Shown here one piece after another: positions 28,318 through 38,493 of a stretch of 64,000 nt of DNA. Within the stretch, counting starts at the first letter, position 1. Every line of letters begins with the position of its first letter. The notes beneath the pieces were generated by a model. That model was not told the DNA's origin, searched no databases, and was given only the letters and a program-made list of their open reading frames with translations. This DNA comes from Longimicrobiales bacterium. Lineage in GTDB: Bacteria > Gemmatimonadota > Gemmatimonadetes > Longimicrobiales > Gaopeijiaceae. The stretch covers positions 1,984,001 through 2,048,000 of the forward strand of contig OZ250165.1 of assembly GCA_965238005.1 (NCBI GenBank), given 5' to 3'. The position numbers and the translations under genes are program-made.

Positions 28318-30020
28318 CAGCCCTCGGAGCTCGAGGTGGCATCCTCCTCCCGAACCATGCGCTCGGGCGCGAGGATGCCGAGGATCGACAGCCCATTCCG
28401 TAGCACGATCTGAATCGCGCGAGCCAGGGCGAGGCGGGCTCTCCGCAGATCCGGATCGTCGACCAGTACGGCCAGCTCCGGACTGCGGCTCGGATTCCCT
28501 GCATGATACCAAGAATTGACGGCTCCCGCCGTCTGCTCCAGGTAGTCACAGATGAGGTGCGGGGCCCGGAGCTGCGCGGCACGCCGCACCAGCTCGGGGA
28601 ACTGGCCGAGCTGCTTGATGAGCTCACGCTCGGCTGCGGTTTCCAGAACCGAGAGGTCGACGCCCTCGGCCACGACGGTGTCGCGCTCGACGCCCGCCTT
28701 CCTGAAGATGCTGCACATGCGGGCGTGGGCGTACTGGACCTTGCAGACGGGGTTCTTGTCCGACTGGTCCAGGGCCAGGTTCAGGTCGAACACCAGATGC
28801 CCGTCGGGCTTCCGCATCTGGAAGAAGTACCGGGTCACGTCCACGCCCACCTGTGTCATGAGATCCCGCAGCGTTGTGTAGGAGCCTGAGCGCTTCGAGA
28901 ACTTCACCTCCTGGCCGTCCCGCTCCACCCGGACCATCTGGTGCAAGACGTACTCGGGGTACCCCGTGGGCAAGCCGAGGGCCTGCACGCCCGCGTGCAC
29001 CCGTGCCACCGTCCCGTGGTGGTCCGCCCCCTGGACGTTTATGACGTGGTGGAAGCCGCGCTCCCACTTGTCCATGTGGTACGCCACGTCGGGCAGGAAG
29101 TAGGTGGGTGACCCGTCGCTCTTGATCATCACCCGGTCCTTCTGATCTCCGAAGTCCGTGGTCCGGAGCCAGACCGCGTCGTCCCGATCGTAAACGTGGC
29201 CCGTCTTCCGGAGCGCCTTGACCGTGGACTCCACGCGTTCGTCCTCGTAGAGGGACGACTCGAGGAAATACACGTCGAAGTGGATGCGGAAGTCAGCCAG
29301 GTCCCTGTCCTGCTCCCCCCGGAGGACCCGAACGGCGGCGCCCCGCATGAGGGCCAGGGTCTCGGCGCCGTCGTCCCCCCGGAAACGGTCGCCGTGCTCT
29401 CTGGCGAGCTCCTCGGCGATCTCGGCGACGTAGTCACCCTGATATCCGCCCTCGGGGATCTCGGCGTCCTCGCCGAAGTGTTGCTGGTAACGAGCCCAAA
29501 CGCTCTCGGCGAGACGGTCGATCTGGACGCCGGCGTCGTTGTAGTAGTACTCGCGCCCAACCGACCAGCCGGTCCACTCGAGGAGTCCCGCGATGGCGTC
29601 TCCCAAAGCGCCCTGGCGCCCATGGCCCAGATGGAGAGGGCCCGTGGGGTTTGCCGAGACGAACTCCACCATGAACGGCCGACCCTCACCGTCGTCGGAA
29701 CGCCCATACCTGTCGTCCTTCGCAAGAATCTCCATCAACCCCGCCGCCACCTGCTCAGCGCTCAGCCTGAAGTTCAGGAACCCCGGTCCGGCGACCTCGA
29801 CGGCCTGGATGCCGGCCGTGCCTACCTCAATACGGGACGCGATCTCCTCGGCGATGGCGCGGGGCGGCTTGCGCAGGGTCGAGGCGAGGGTAAGCGCCAC
29901 GTTGGTGGCGAGATCACCGTGGCTCGGGTCCTTGGGCTGCTCCAGGCGCACGGCCGCGTCGCTCACCCCCATCTCCTCGAGAACGTCCTCGAGTGCTTTT
30001 CGGATGGCTTCCTGGGACAT
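28317..30020 (-). CDS. argS: Arginine--tRNA ligase
   Basis: HGDLATN, AGPGFLN, VEFVSANPTGPLHLGHGR, FSKRSG, QYAHAR; ATG at 30020. Confidence 0.97.
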   Translation of the reverse strand: MSQEAIRKALEDVLEEMGVSDAAVRLEQPKDPSHGDLATNVALTLASTLRKPPRAIAEEIASRIEVGTAGIQAVEVAGPGFLNFRLSAEQVAAGLMEILAKDDRYGRSDDGEGRPFMVEFVSANPTGPLHLGHGRQGALGDAIAGLLEWTGWSVGREYYYNDAGVQIDRLAESVWARYQQHFGEDAEIPEGGYQGDYVAEIAEELAREHGDRFRGDDGAETLALMRGAAVRVLRGEQDRDLADFRIHFDVYFLESSLYEDERVESTVKALRKTGHVYDRDDAVWLRTTDFGDQKDRVMIKSDGSPTYFLPDVAYHMDKWERGFHHVINVQGADHHGTVARVHAGVQALGLPTGYPEYVLHQMVRVERDGQEVKFSKRSGSYTTLRDLMTQVGVDVTRYFFQMRKPDGHLVFDLNLALDQSDKNPVCKVQYAHARMCSIFRKAGVERDTVVAEGVDLSVLETAAERELIKQLGQFPELVRRAAQLRAPHLICDYLEQTAGAVNSWYHAGNPSRSPELAVLVDDPDLRRARLALARAIQIVLRNGLSILGILAPERMVREEDATSSSEG

Positions 30021-30037
30021 GTCGTCTGATCTACCCC

Positions 30038-30058
30038 ACTTCTTCAACAGGCCTCTAG
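30038..30058. mobile_element. MITE family B solo end
   Basis: ACTTCTTCAACAGGCCTCTAG, identical to 30557-30577 and similar to the inverted repeats of 38494-38750. Confidence 0.65.
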
Positions 30059-30086
30059 TCCCGTTACCAAAGTGTCTCGGCCAGTC
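30055..30086. mobile_element. MITE family A solo end sharing a CTAG with the family B end
   Basis: CTAGTCCCGTTACCAAAGTGTCTCGGCCAGTC matches the 36745 end except for a 2-nt deletion. Confidence 0.75.
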
Positions 30087-30441
30087 AGTCGTCGGAGGAT
30101 GAGGACGTGGCGGACCCTGAGGACGGGGAGGACTCCTTGGAGGAGGAGCGGGAGGCGGAAGGCACCTTCGAAGGCGAGGAAGAATCATCCTTGGACGCGC
30201 CGGATCCCTTGTCGCTCGAAGCAGTGCTCTCCTTCTCCGAGGAGGCGGCTTTCTTGTAGGCGTCACTCCGGTGGTCGGTGATATAGAACCCCTCACCCTT
30301 GAAGATCAGACCCGCCCCGCCCGAGAGAAGGCGCTCGGATACTTCGCCACACTCGGGGCACTCGGCGGAGGGCTCCTCGGACATGCTCTGGAAAAGCTCG
30401 AACTCATGCCCTGTGGGGCACCGGTATTCGTACGTCGGCAT
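30085..30441 (-). CDS. FmdB-family zinc-ribbon protein with Ser-rich tail
   Basis: MPTYEYRC..GH.FE, CPECG, FKGEGFYITD. Confidence 0.92.
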   Translation of the reverse strand: MPTYEYRCPTGHEFELFQSMSEEPSAECPECGEVSERLLSGGAGLIFKGEGFYITDHRSDAYKKAASSEKESTASSDKGSGASKDDSSSPSKVPSASRSSSKESSPSSGSATSSSSDD

Positions 30442-30556
30442 CAGCAGGTCTTAATCTGGTTTCGCGATCGATGCGCGGTCGTTGCGCTATCACACAACAG
30501 CCGCCAAAAGTAACGGGTTGGCGGGGTGTGACCAGTGCCGAGGCGGCCGCAGCCCT

Positions 30557-30577
30557 ACTTCTTCAACAGGCCTCTAG
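30557..30577. mobile_element. MITE family B solo end at the mutase stop codon
   Basis: ACTTCTTCAACAGGCCTCTAG; its CTAG contains the minus-strand TAG at 30574-30576. Confidence 0.65.
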
Positions 30578-32166
30578 GGGTCGTGCGTGCCCCACTCCTC
30601 CCGGAGGATGTCGCTGACCTCTCCCAACGTGACGGAAGCCTTCACCGCGTCGATAATGGGAGGCATCAGGTTGTCGCCCCCGCGGGCCGCGGATCGGATC
30701 CCCTCCCGGGCCTGTGAGGCACGTTCGGAATCGCGGTTGCTCTTCAGCTCGGCGAGTCGCGCCTTCTGCGCGGCCTCGAGAGCCGAGAAGTCGGGGCTGG
30801 CGATCTCCGGGGGCCGAGCCTCATCCCGGTAGGCGTTCACACCCACCACCAGCCGCTCCTGGGCCTCCACCGCCATCTGATGGGCGTAGGCGGAGCTGTG
30901 GATCTCGTTCTGCATGAACCCCACGGCCTTGGCCGCCCCGCCGAGCTCCGCGATCTGATCGATATAACCCCTGGCCGTGGCCTCGATCTGATCGGTGAGG
31001 GCTTCCACGTAGTGACTCCCGCCCAGGGGATCTGCCGTGCGCGTGACCCCCGACTCGTGCGCCACGATCTGCTGGGTGCGAAGGGCGATCTTCGCCGCCT
31101 CTTCCGTGGGAAGGGCCAGCGCCTCGTCGAAGCCGTTGGTGTGGAGCGACTGGGTCCCGCCCAGGACCGCCGCCAAGGCTTGGATCGCCACCCGAACCAC
31201 GTTGTTCATCGGCTGCTGGGCTGTTAGGGTGGAGCCGGCCGTCTGCGTGTGGAAGCGGAGCCGGCACGACTTGTCGGAGGCGTCGTAGCGCTCCCTCATC
31301 AGCCCAGCCCACAGGCGGCGGGCCGCCCTGAACTTGGCGACCTCTTCCAGCAGGTCGTTGTGGGCCGCGAAGAAGAACGAGAGTCGGGGAGCGAAGTCCT
31401 CCAGGGGAATGCCCGCCGCGAGCGCCCGCTCCACGTACTCGAGGCCGCTGGCCAGGGTGAAGGCGACCTCCTGTGGGGCCGTCGAGCCGGCCTCCCGGAT
31501 ATGGTAGCCGGAGATGGACATGGAATTCCAGCGCGGCACTTCCTTCGTGCAGAACGCCATCACGTCCGACACCAGGCGCAGGCTGGGATCCACCGGGTAG
31601 ATGTACGTGCCCCGTGCCACGTATTCCTTGAGCACGTCGTTCTGTACGGTCCCGGCCAGGGCGTTCCGAGTGACGCCCTTCTCGTCGCCAACGGCGATGT
31701 AGAGGGCTAGGAGGATCGCCGCCGTGGAGTTGATGGTCATGGAGGTGGACACCTGGTCCAGAGAGATGCCGTCGAAGAGCACCCGCATGTCCTCGATGGA
31801 GTCTATGGCCACTCCCACACGGCCGACTTCGCCCTCCGCCATCCAGTGGTCCGAGTCATAACCCATCTGCGTCGGCAAATCGAAGGCCACCGACAGCCCC
31901 GTGGTCCCCTGCTCCAGGAGGTAGTGATAGCGGCGGTTCGCCTCCTGGGCTGTGCCGAACCCGGCGTACTGACGCATGGTCCACAGGCGGCCACGGTACA
32001 TGTCGGGATAGACGCCCCTCGTGAAGGGAAACTCCCCGGGCCGTCCGATCTCAGAGGCCTCGCCACCGGCCCCTCCATCGGCCTCGCCCCATTTACCCTC
32101 GTAAAGGGCGTCCACCTCGATCCCGCTGTCCGTATGGAAGCGGGCGTTGTCTGCGTCCCTGTTCAC
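30574..32166 (-). CDS. Methylmalonyl-CoA mutase, substrate-binding subunit (no B12-binding domain)
   Basis: [43 protein letters not shown]. Confidence 0.93.
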   Translation of the reverse strand: MNRDADNARFHTDSGIEVDALYEGKWGEADGGAGGEASEIGRPGEFPFTRGVYPDMYRGRLWTMRQYAGFGTAQEANRRYHYLLEQGTTGLSVAFDLPTQMGYDSDHWMAEGEVGRVGVAIDSIEDMRVLFDGISLDQVSTSMTINSTAAILLALYIAVGDEKGVTRNALAGTVQNDVLKEYVARGTYIYPVDPSLRLVSDVMAFCTKEVPRWNSMSISGYHIREAGSTAPQEVAFTLASGLEYVERALAAGIPLEDFAPRLSFFFAAHNDLLEEVAKFRAARRLWAGLMRERYDASDKSCRLRFHTQTAGSTLTAQQPMNNVVRVAIQALAAVLGGTQSLHTNGFDEALALPTEEAAKIALRTQQIVAHESGVTRTADPLGGSHYVEALTDQIEATARGYIDQIAELGGAAKAVGFMQNEIHSSAYAHQMAVEAQERLVVGVNAYRDEARPPEIASPDFSALEAAQKARLAELKSNRDSERASQAREGIRSAARGGDNLMPPIIDAVKASVTLGEVSDILREEWGTHDP

Positions 32167-32693
32167 GGGGTCTCCTCGCTGTCTCCCGCCCCGGGCGGAA
32201 GCATCTCCATGAGGATCTGATCCTTCTCCACGGCCTGTCCAGGGGTGACGTGGATGGCTCCGACCCGGGCCCGGGCCTCCGCCGAGAGCTCATTCTCCAT
32301 CTTCATGGCTTCCACGATCAGCAGGCCAGTGCCCGCCTCGACCAGCTCACCCTCTTCGACCTTCACCTCGACCACGAGGCCGGGCATGGGAGCCCGCACC
32401 ACTTGCGGACCGACCGGACCGGCTAGGGCGGCCGACATCTCGCGCATGGTCTTCGTGCGCTCGTCCAATACATCCACCCGCTCGTGACGGCCCCGAAGGT
32501 GGAGATCCCATTCCCCCTTCCCCAAGGAGCAGGCCACGATGCGATGGGACTCACCGCCAATCAGGAAGGAGTGCACATCGGTACCGGCCACTTGCAAAGC
32601 GGAGATCTCCACGGGCTCCCCGTCAACGCGAACTCCGTCTTCTTCGATCTCGACTTCGAATGTCGCGTCTCGGATGCTGACGTAGTACCGCAT
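32163..32693 (-). CDS. Biotin carboxyl carrier protein
   Basis: APMPG and EAMKMENE biotinylation motif. Confidence 0.93.
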   Translation of the reverse strand: MRYYVSIRDATFEVEIEEDGVRVDGEPVEISALQVAGTDVHSFLIGGESHRIVACSLGKGEWDLHLRGRHERVDVLDERTKTMREMSAALAGPVGPQVVRAPMPGLVVEVKVEEGELVEAGTGLLIVEAMKMENELSAEARARVGAIHVTPGQAVEKDQILMEMLPPGAGDSEETP

Positions 32694-32698
32694 GGAAC

Positions 32699-34030
32699 CT
32701 AGTTGGGGATCTGCGGGACCGCTCGACGCTCCAGCACGGCGGCGGTTTCCACGTGGGAGGTTTGGGGAAAGAGATCGAACGCGCGGATCTGGGAGACGTC
32801 ATAGGGGGGGCGGAGCCGTGCCAGATCCCGGGCGAGCGTCGCCGGGTCGCAGCTCACGTAGATCACGCGCGGCGGACCGTCGGTGCGGAGCGTATCCGTC
32901 ACGCGGGCGTCCACTCCCGCTCTCGGCGGATTGAGGATCACCACGTCCGCCGGGAGCACCTCCGACAGACGCTCTTCTACGCTACCGGCGAGAACCGTGA
33001 AGCCCTCGGGCGCGTTTCTTGCAGCCGTCTTGGCGGCGCGGGGGTCCTGCTCGATCCCAACGGCCCGCCCCCCGGCCTGGGCGATACGCCGCCCGTAGAC
33101 CCCCACGCCGCAATAGGCATCCACGACGCCGGTCTCTGGGCCTACCCGTGCCGCGTCGAGGACCCACCGGTGAAGGTGATCTGCGGCGTTCTCGTTGGCC
33201 TGGAGGAAGGCCGTAGGACTCGTGCGGATCACCTCGCCCAGGCGCGTCTCGTGCACCACGGCCTGGCCGGCGAGGAGGCGCTGGGTTCCCTTCGGGCCGA
33301 GGCTCCAGACGGCCACGAGGCCCTCGACTTCCTTGATGAGAAGATCCGCGCGACCCGGACCCCTGCCTCCCTCCACCACCAGAATGAGCCCTTCATCCAC
33401 GGTGCGCAGCGTCAGGCGTAGGCGCCGCCCGGCAGGAAGCCTCCGGGCGGCCTCGCCCCACGTGGCCCGCAGCTGTCGCCACGCGGTGGCGATGGTGGGA
33501 TCCGGCAGGATACATCCGTCCTCCACGTCGACGATGCGCCCTGGGTTGGTCAAGTGGTGGAAGCCCGCAACCACCCGCTGTCCGGGGAGTCGGAGCAGGG
33601 TGAAAGTGAGTCGAGAGCGATAGGCCCGTGGAACCGGGCTCGCCTCCGCGGGCGGGACGGTGACCTCCAGCCCACCGATTCGCTCCAAGGCGTCCCGCAC
33701 GAAGCGGGTCTTCCAGACGAGCTGATCCTCGTAGGGGATGTGCTGCAGCGTGCAGCCGCCGCACTCGGCGTAGTACGGGCAGGCCGGCTTTACTCTGTGC
33801 GGAGCGGCCTGCAAAACGTCCACCAGGCGCCCCCGAGCCCAGCGTCGCTTCTGGCGTGTGATCCGCACGCTGACCTCGTCACCCGGAGCCGTGCGGGGCA
33901 CGAAGACCACCCGACCATCGGGCAGATCCCCCACCCCCGCTCCATCAGAGCCCAGGGCCCGGATATGCACGGAGGCCACGTAGAGTTCGCCCTCAGCGCC
34001 CGGCTCGACGCCCGCCGTCAGCTCGTCCAC
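32699..34030 (-). CDS. rlmD: 23S rRNA (uracil-5)-methyltransferase, RlmD/TrmA family; start approximate
   Basis: TRAM domain, CPYYAECGGC, FLQAN, DAYCGVG, NPPRAG, YVSCDPATLARD, DLFPQTSHVE. Confidence 0.88.
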   Translation of the reverse strand: MDELTAGVEPGAEGELYVASVHIRALGSDGAGVGDLPDGRVVFVPRTAPGDEVSVRITRQKRRWARGRLVDVLQAAPHRVKPACPYYAECGGCTLQHIPYEDQLVWKTRFVRDALERIGGLEVTVPPAEASPVPRAYRSRLTFTLLRLPGQRVVAGFHHLTNPGRIVDVEDGCILPDPTIATAWRQLRATWGEAARRLPAGRRLRLTLRTVDEGLILVVEGGRGPGRADLLIKEVEGLVAVWSLGPKGTQRLLAGQAVVHETRLGEVIRTSPTAFLQANENAADHLHRWVLDAARVGPETGVVDAYCGVGVYGRRIAQAGGRAVGIEQDPRAAKTAARNAPEGFTVLAGSVEERLSEVLPADVVILNPPRAGVDARVTDTLRTDGPPRVIYVSCDPATLARDLARLRPPYDVSQIRAFDLFPQTSHVETAAVLERRAVPQIPN

Positions 34031-35511
34031 GGCCACCCGGAGGCTCGCCACGGTGAGAGTCCCACCCCGTCCCACCCGTCGATCCGGGAGAACCCCCGGT
34101 TCTGGCGGGCCTGGTGCTCGAGCACGGCAGCCGCCACCGCCGAGACCCGGAGACCGTCGTGGTTGGTCTCCAGCAGCTCCGGATGGTCCTCGAGATACAA
34201 CGTGCTCAGCCGGCCTCTCCTGAAGTCCTCTTCGTCCATCACGCCGCGGTGGAACGACGCACTGGTCTCGATGCCGGCGACCACGAGCTCGTCGAGAGCC
34301 CGGCCCATCCGGTCGATGGCCGCCTCCCGGGTGCTGGCGTGAACGATGAGCTTGGCCAGAAGCGGGTCGTAGTAGAGCCCGCCCTCGAAGCCTTCCCGGA
34401 TACCGCCGTCCCAGCGGATACCGGGGCCGTCCGGCAGGTCTAGCCGGTCCACCCGGCCCGTGGACGGAAGGAAGCCGTGCTGGGGATCCTCGCTCGTGAT
34501 CCGGCACTCGATGGCGTGCCCGACGAACGACACGTCGTCCTGCCCGAAGTCGAGCTCTTCCCCCCCTGCGATGCGGATCTGCCACTGAACGAGGTCGATC
34601 CCAGTCACGAGCTCCGTCACCGGATGCTCCACCTGCAGTCGCGTGTTCATCTCAAGGAAGTAGAACTGTCCTTCGCTGTAGAGGAACTCGACGGTACCAG
34701 CGCCCCGGTAGTCCACAGATCTGGCCGCCTGCACGGCAGCCTCGCCCATGGACGCCCGCTCGTCGGGGGTCAGAAGCGCCGAAGGCGCCTCCTCGATGAG
34801 CTTCTGGTGACGCCGTTGAATAGAGCATTCCCGCTCGCCGAGATGGATCACCTGCCCCGAGGTGTCCCCGAGGATCTGAATCTCGATGTGGCGCGGGCGG
34901 GCGAGGTACTTCTCCAGGTAGATGGAGCCGTCCCCGAAGGCGGCCTGGGCCTCCCGCGAAGCCGCCTCCAGGGCGTCGCGGACAGACTCCGGAGCGTCCA
35001 CGATCCGCATCCCCTTTCCACCGCCCCCGGCGGCGGCCTTGAGGAGCAGCGGGAATCCGAGCTCTTGGGCCGCGCTTGCTGCCTGGTCGGCGTCGGACAC
35101 AGGGTCGATCCCACCCGGAACGATGGGGACGCCGGCGGCCTGCATCCTACGACGGGCCTCGGTCTTGTCGCCCATGGCCGCGATGGTCTCCGGACGCGGA
35201 CCGATGAAGACGAGGCCCGCCTCCTCCACCTGAGATGCGAAGGACGCCCGCTCGGCAAGGAATCCGTAGCCGGGATGGATCGCCCCCGCCCCGACATCCC
35301 GGGCCACCTCCACGATCCGATCCCCGCGCAGGTAGCTGTCCACCGACGGAGCCGGTCCTACCGAATAGGCCTCGTCGGCCGCCATCACGTGTGGAGCGAG
35401 CCTATCCGCCTCCGAGTAAATGGCCACCGAACGAAGACCCATCTCCCGGCAGGCCCGGATGATCCGGACGGCGATCTCGCCGCGATTGGCCACGAGGACG
35501 GTGTCGAACAT
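34018..35511 (-). CDS. Acyl-CoA (probably propionyl-CoA) carboxylase, biotin carboxylase subunit
   Basis: LVANRGEIA, HPGYGFLAE, GGGGKGMR, RECSIQRRHQK, FLEMNTRLQVEHPVTE. Confidence 0.95.
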   Translation of the reverse strand: MFDTVLVANRGEIAVRIIRACREMGLRSVAIYSEADRLAPHVMAADEAYSVGPAPSVDSYLRGDRIVEVARDVGAGAIHPGYGFLAERASFASQVEEAGLVFIGPRPETIAAMGDKTEARRRMQAAGVPIVPGGIDPVSDADQAASAAQELGFPLLLKAAAGGGGKGMRIVDAPESVRDALEAASREAQAAFGDGSIYLEKYLARPRHIEIQILGDTSGQVIHLGERECSIQRRHQKLIEEAPSALLTPDERASMGEAAVQAARSVDYRGAGTVEFLYSEGQFYFLEMNTRLQVEHPVTELVTGIDLVQWQIRIAGGEELDFGQDDVSFVGHAIECRITSEDPQHGFLPSTGRVDRLDLPDGPGIRWDGGIREGFEGGLYYDPLLAKLIVHASTREAAIDRMGRALDELVVAGIETSASFHRGVMDEEDFRRGRLSTLYLEDHPELLETNHDGLRVSAVAAAVLEHQARQNRGFSRIDGWDGVGLSPWRASGWPWTS

Positions 35512-35679
35512 GAAGTGGGACTTCGTCTTGTCGAGGAGGTCGCAAGGCCCCGAAAGGCCTCAGGGACAACAGCACGAGAAGTTTGGCGGCGGATGTCGGG
35601 AGTGTAAACCCTTGTCCTCTCCGGAAAAACCCGTGGCCGGCCGGGGCGGCCCTACGGGTGGCGGCCTCTGAGCAGAACC

Positions 35680-35748
35680 CTAGTGTCCCGTTACCAAAGT
35701 GTCTCGGCCAGTCGAGGGCACGGTGCATCCGTGGAAACGGAACCCTAA
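35680..35748 (-). mobile_element. MITE family A, internally deleted 69-nt copy
   Basis: First ~55 nt identical to 36745 onward, then GGAAACGGAACCCTAA resembling the opposite end; overlaps the PDZ-gene stop. Confidence 0.8.
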
Positions 35749-36659
35749 TACGGGATCAGGGAGCCCTCGATGACTTCTTCGGCGCCCTTCCGGATGATAG
35801 TCATACGGATGGGCTCGTCTTCCTCGTACGAGTTGATGAGACGGCGAACACGATCGATGGTGTCCACCTCACGGTCTCCGACCGCGAGAATGACGTCGCC
35901 GGGCATGAGGCCCAGAGCCGAGTCGTCATCCACGTCGATGACCAGAACGCCGCTCTCGGCGCCGGAGTACTCACCCAGCCGCGGGTTGAGCTCGCGGAAC
36001 TCGACCCCCGCGGCACACCCTCGCGTGTCACTCCCCCAGGAGCCCCTGGACCCTGGGCAGTCGCCGCCAAACCCGTACGACACGGAGAAGCCGCGACCAG
36101 CACCGAGACGTCCGGAAAGGCCTTCATCCATGTCGAAGGTCCAAATCCTGCCCTCGGGGCCGAAAGCCCTCACCCGCGGGAAATCGAACTCCTCGGCCTC
36201 GATCTCGACCGTCCGGGACTCGCCGTCTCTCAGGTATCGGATCTCGACGGTTTGGCCCGGCTCCATCTCCCGCGCCAACGCCAGGACCCGTTGAGCCGGG
36301 AGGGATTCGTCGCGATCGAGCTCGTCCTCCATTTCGGCGTTGGCCAGCGGCTCGGTCAGCACCTGCCCGTCGAAGGCCGTGATGATGTCCCCATCGCGCA
36401 GGCCGGCGTCCTCCGCCGGTGATCGGTGCATGACGTCCGTGATCAGGGCGCCCTGATCGTCGTATCGCCGAGACTGCCGGGCATCGAGGTAGAGTCCAAG
36501 GCGAGCCCTGGAAGCACTCTGCACGAACATGTTCGGCATTTCGACGACCCGGCGGTGCCTCCGCTCCCGATCTCTGTCCTGTGCCTCGGTGCCCGTGGGC
36601 AGTGCCGTGATGGCCAGTGCGAGCGCGGTCAGCCACCGCAGTGTGTTGTCCAGCTTCAC
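35745..36659 (-). CDS. Secreted protein with two PDZ domains
   Basis: Signal peptide; GALITDV...SPAEDAGLRDGDII and GVLV.DV......GL.PGDVILAV; AAAGGGGAGG RBS. Confidence 0.85.
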   Translation of the reverse strand: MKLDNTLRWLTALALAITALPTGTEAQDRDRERRHRRVVEMPNMFVQSASRARLGLYLDARQSRRYDDQGALITDVMHRSPAEDAGLRDGDIITAFDGQVLTEPLANAEMEDELDRDESLPAQRVLALAREMEPGQTVEIRYLRDGESRTVEIEAEEFDFPRVRAFGPEGRIWTFDMDEGLSGRLGAGRGFSVSYGFGGDCPGSRGSWGSDTRGCAAGVEFRELNPRLGEYSGAESGVLVIDVDDDSALGLMPGDVILAVGDREVDTIDRVRRLINSYEEDEPIRMTIIRKGAEEVIEGSLIPY

Positions 36660-36744
36660 CGTCCTTACCTCCCCTTTGGTCCTCGCGTCCGGGCCACTCG
36701 CCCGAAGTCACCCCTGTGATGCGGGCGATAGGCGGGAGCGTTGC

Positions 36745-36930
36745 CTAGTGTCCCGTTACCAAAGTGTCTCGGCCAGTCGAGGGCACGGTGCATCCGTGGG
36801 CTCGGCGTTGGGACTCCTTGCGACCACGCTTCGCGCGGTGCCCGCTTGCGCTACGCCGCGTCGTCCCGCCTTGATCCCACGGCGCCCCGACCCTCTTGGT
36901 GGCTCGCGAACTTCGGCAACGGAACACTAG
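36745..36930 (-). mobile_element. MITE family A, full copy 2
   Basis: 186 nt CTAG-to-CTAG; inverted relative to 11238-11423; right CTAG contains the carboxyltransferase TAG. Confidence 0.85.
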
Positions 36931-38477
36931 AGGGGAACGTTCCCGTGCTTCTTGCGCGGGTTCTCGTCACGCTTGTTACGGAGCATGTCGAGAGAACTGA
37001 TGAGGCGGGGCCGGGTGTCGCGGGGGTCGATGACGTCGTCGATGTACCCACGGGCCGCCGCGATGTAGGGGTGGGCAAACTGCTCGCGGTACTCCTTGAT
37101 GCGCGCATCCGTTACGCCCTCGGGGTCATCGGACTCGGCGATCTCCTTCCGGAACAAAATCTCCACGGCACCTTTGGGCCCCATGACCGCGATCTCGGCG
37201 GTGGGCCAGGCGAGGTTCACGTCTCCCCGGATGTGCTTCGAGTTCATGACGTCGTAGGCGCCGCCATACGCCTTGCGTGTAATGACCGTGAGCTTGGGGA
37301 CGGTAGCCTCGGAGAAGGCGTAGAGGAGCTTGGCCCCGTGGCGGATGATGCCGCCGTGCTCCTGGCCCACTCCCGGGAGGAATCCCGGCACGTCTTCGAA
37401 GACGATGAGCGGGATGTTGAAGGCGTCACAGAATCGGACGAAGCGGGCGCCCTTCACCGACGAGTCGATGTCCAGAACCCCGGCCAACACCGCCGGCTGA
37501 TTCGCGATCACGCCGACGGCGTGTCCCCCCAGGCGTGCGAAACCGACGGTGAGGTTTTTCGCGAAGGATGCGTGGACCTCATAGAACTCACCGTCGTCAA
37601 CGACACGGATTATGACATCATGTATGTCATAGGGCTTATTCGGGTTATCAGGAACGATCTCACGTAATTTCTCGTCCCGACGATCGTGTGGATCGGAAGT
37701 ATCCCGATCAGGGGACGACTCGGTGTTGTTCTGCGGGAGGAAGCCCATCAGGTCCCGGACGGCCGCCAGACACTCCGGCTCCGAGTCGTGCACGAAATGA
37801 GCCACTCCCGACGTGGAGCCGTGCACGTCCGCACCGCCCAGGTCCTCCATGTCCACATCCTCATGGGTGACCGTCTTCACCACGTTGGGTCCGGTCACGA
37901 ACATGTAGCTGACGCCCCGGACCATGTACACGAAGTCCGTGATGGCCGGCGAGTAGACCGCGCCTCCGGCGCAGGGGCCCAGAATCACGCTGATCTGCGG
38001 GATCACACCGGAAGCGAGCGTATTTCTCAGGAAGATGTCGGCGTAGCCTCCCAGCGACACCACACCCTCCTGGATGCGAGCGCCTCCCGAGTCGTTCAGC
38101 CCGATGAGCGGCGCTCCATTCTTTAGGGCCAGGTCCTGGAGCTTCACGATTTTCTCGGCATGGGACTCGGACAGGGAGCCCCCGAACACGGTGAAATCCT
38201 GGGAGAAGACGTATACGAGGCGCCCGTGAATCGTCCCGTAGCCCGTGACCACGCCGTCGCCGAGGATTTTTTTGTCGGCGAGGCCGAAGTCAGTGGAACG
38301 GTGCGTGACGAAGCGATCCAGCTCGACGAAGGAGCCCTCGTCCAGGAGCAGATCGAGCCTCTGCCGGGCGGTGAGCTTGCCTCGCTCCTGCTGGGTGGCG
38401 AGGCGGGCCTCTCCCCCGCCGAGCTGTGCGACACGCTCGAGCTCCCGCAGGCGCTCGAGCTCTTCCTCCATCGACAT
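36927..38477 (-). CDS. pccB: Acyl-CoA carboxylase carboxyltransferase (PccB-like)
   Basis: [55 protein letters not shown]. Confidence 0.92.
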   Translation of the reverse strand: MSMEEELERLRELERVAQLGGGEARLATQQERGKLTARQRLDLLLDEGSFVELDRFVTHRSTDFGLADKKILGDGVVTGYGTIHGRLVYVFSQDFTVFGGSLSESHAEKIVKLQDLALKNGAPLIGLNDSGGARIQEGVVSLGGYADIFLRNTLASGVIPQISVILGPCAGGAVYSPAITDFVYMVRGVSYMFVTGPNVVKTVTHEDVDMEDLGGADVHGSTSGVAHFVHDSEPECLAAVRDLMGFLPQNNTESSPDRDTSDPHDRRDEKLREIVPDNPNKPYDIHDVIIRVVDDGEFYEVHASFAKNLTVGFARLGGHAVGVIANQPAVLAGVLDIDSSVKGARFVRFCDAFNIPLIVFEDVPGFLPGVGQEHGGIIRHGAKLLYAFSEATVPKLTVITRKAYGGAYDVMNSKHIRGDVNLAWPTAEIAVMGPKGAVEILFRKEIAESDDPEGVTDARIKEYREQFAHPYIAAARGYIDDVIDPRDTRPRLISSLDMLRNKRDENPRKKHGNVPL

Positions 38478-38493
38478 CCGTCGTTCTCCTCTA

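Noticed and set aside
37600..37640. dif site inside pccB
   Set aside because: Does not fit the 11-6-11 XerC/XerD layout with a TTATGTTAAAT-like arm
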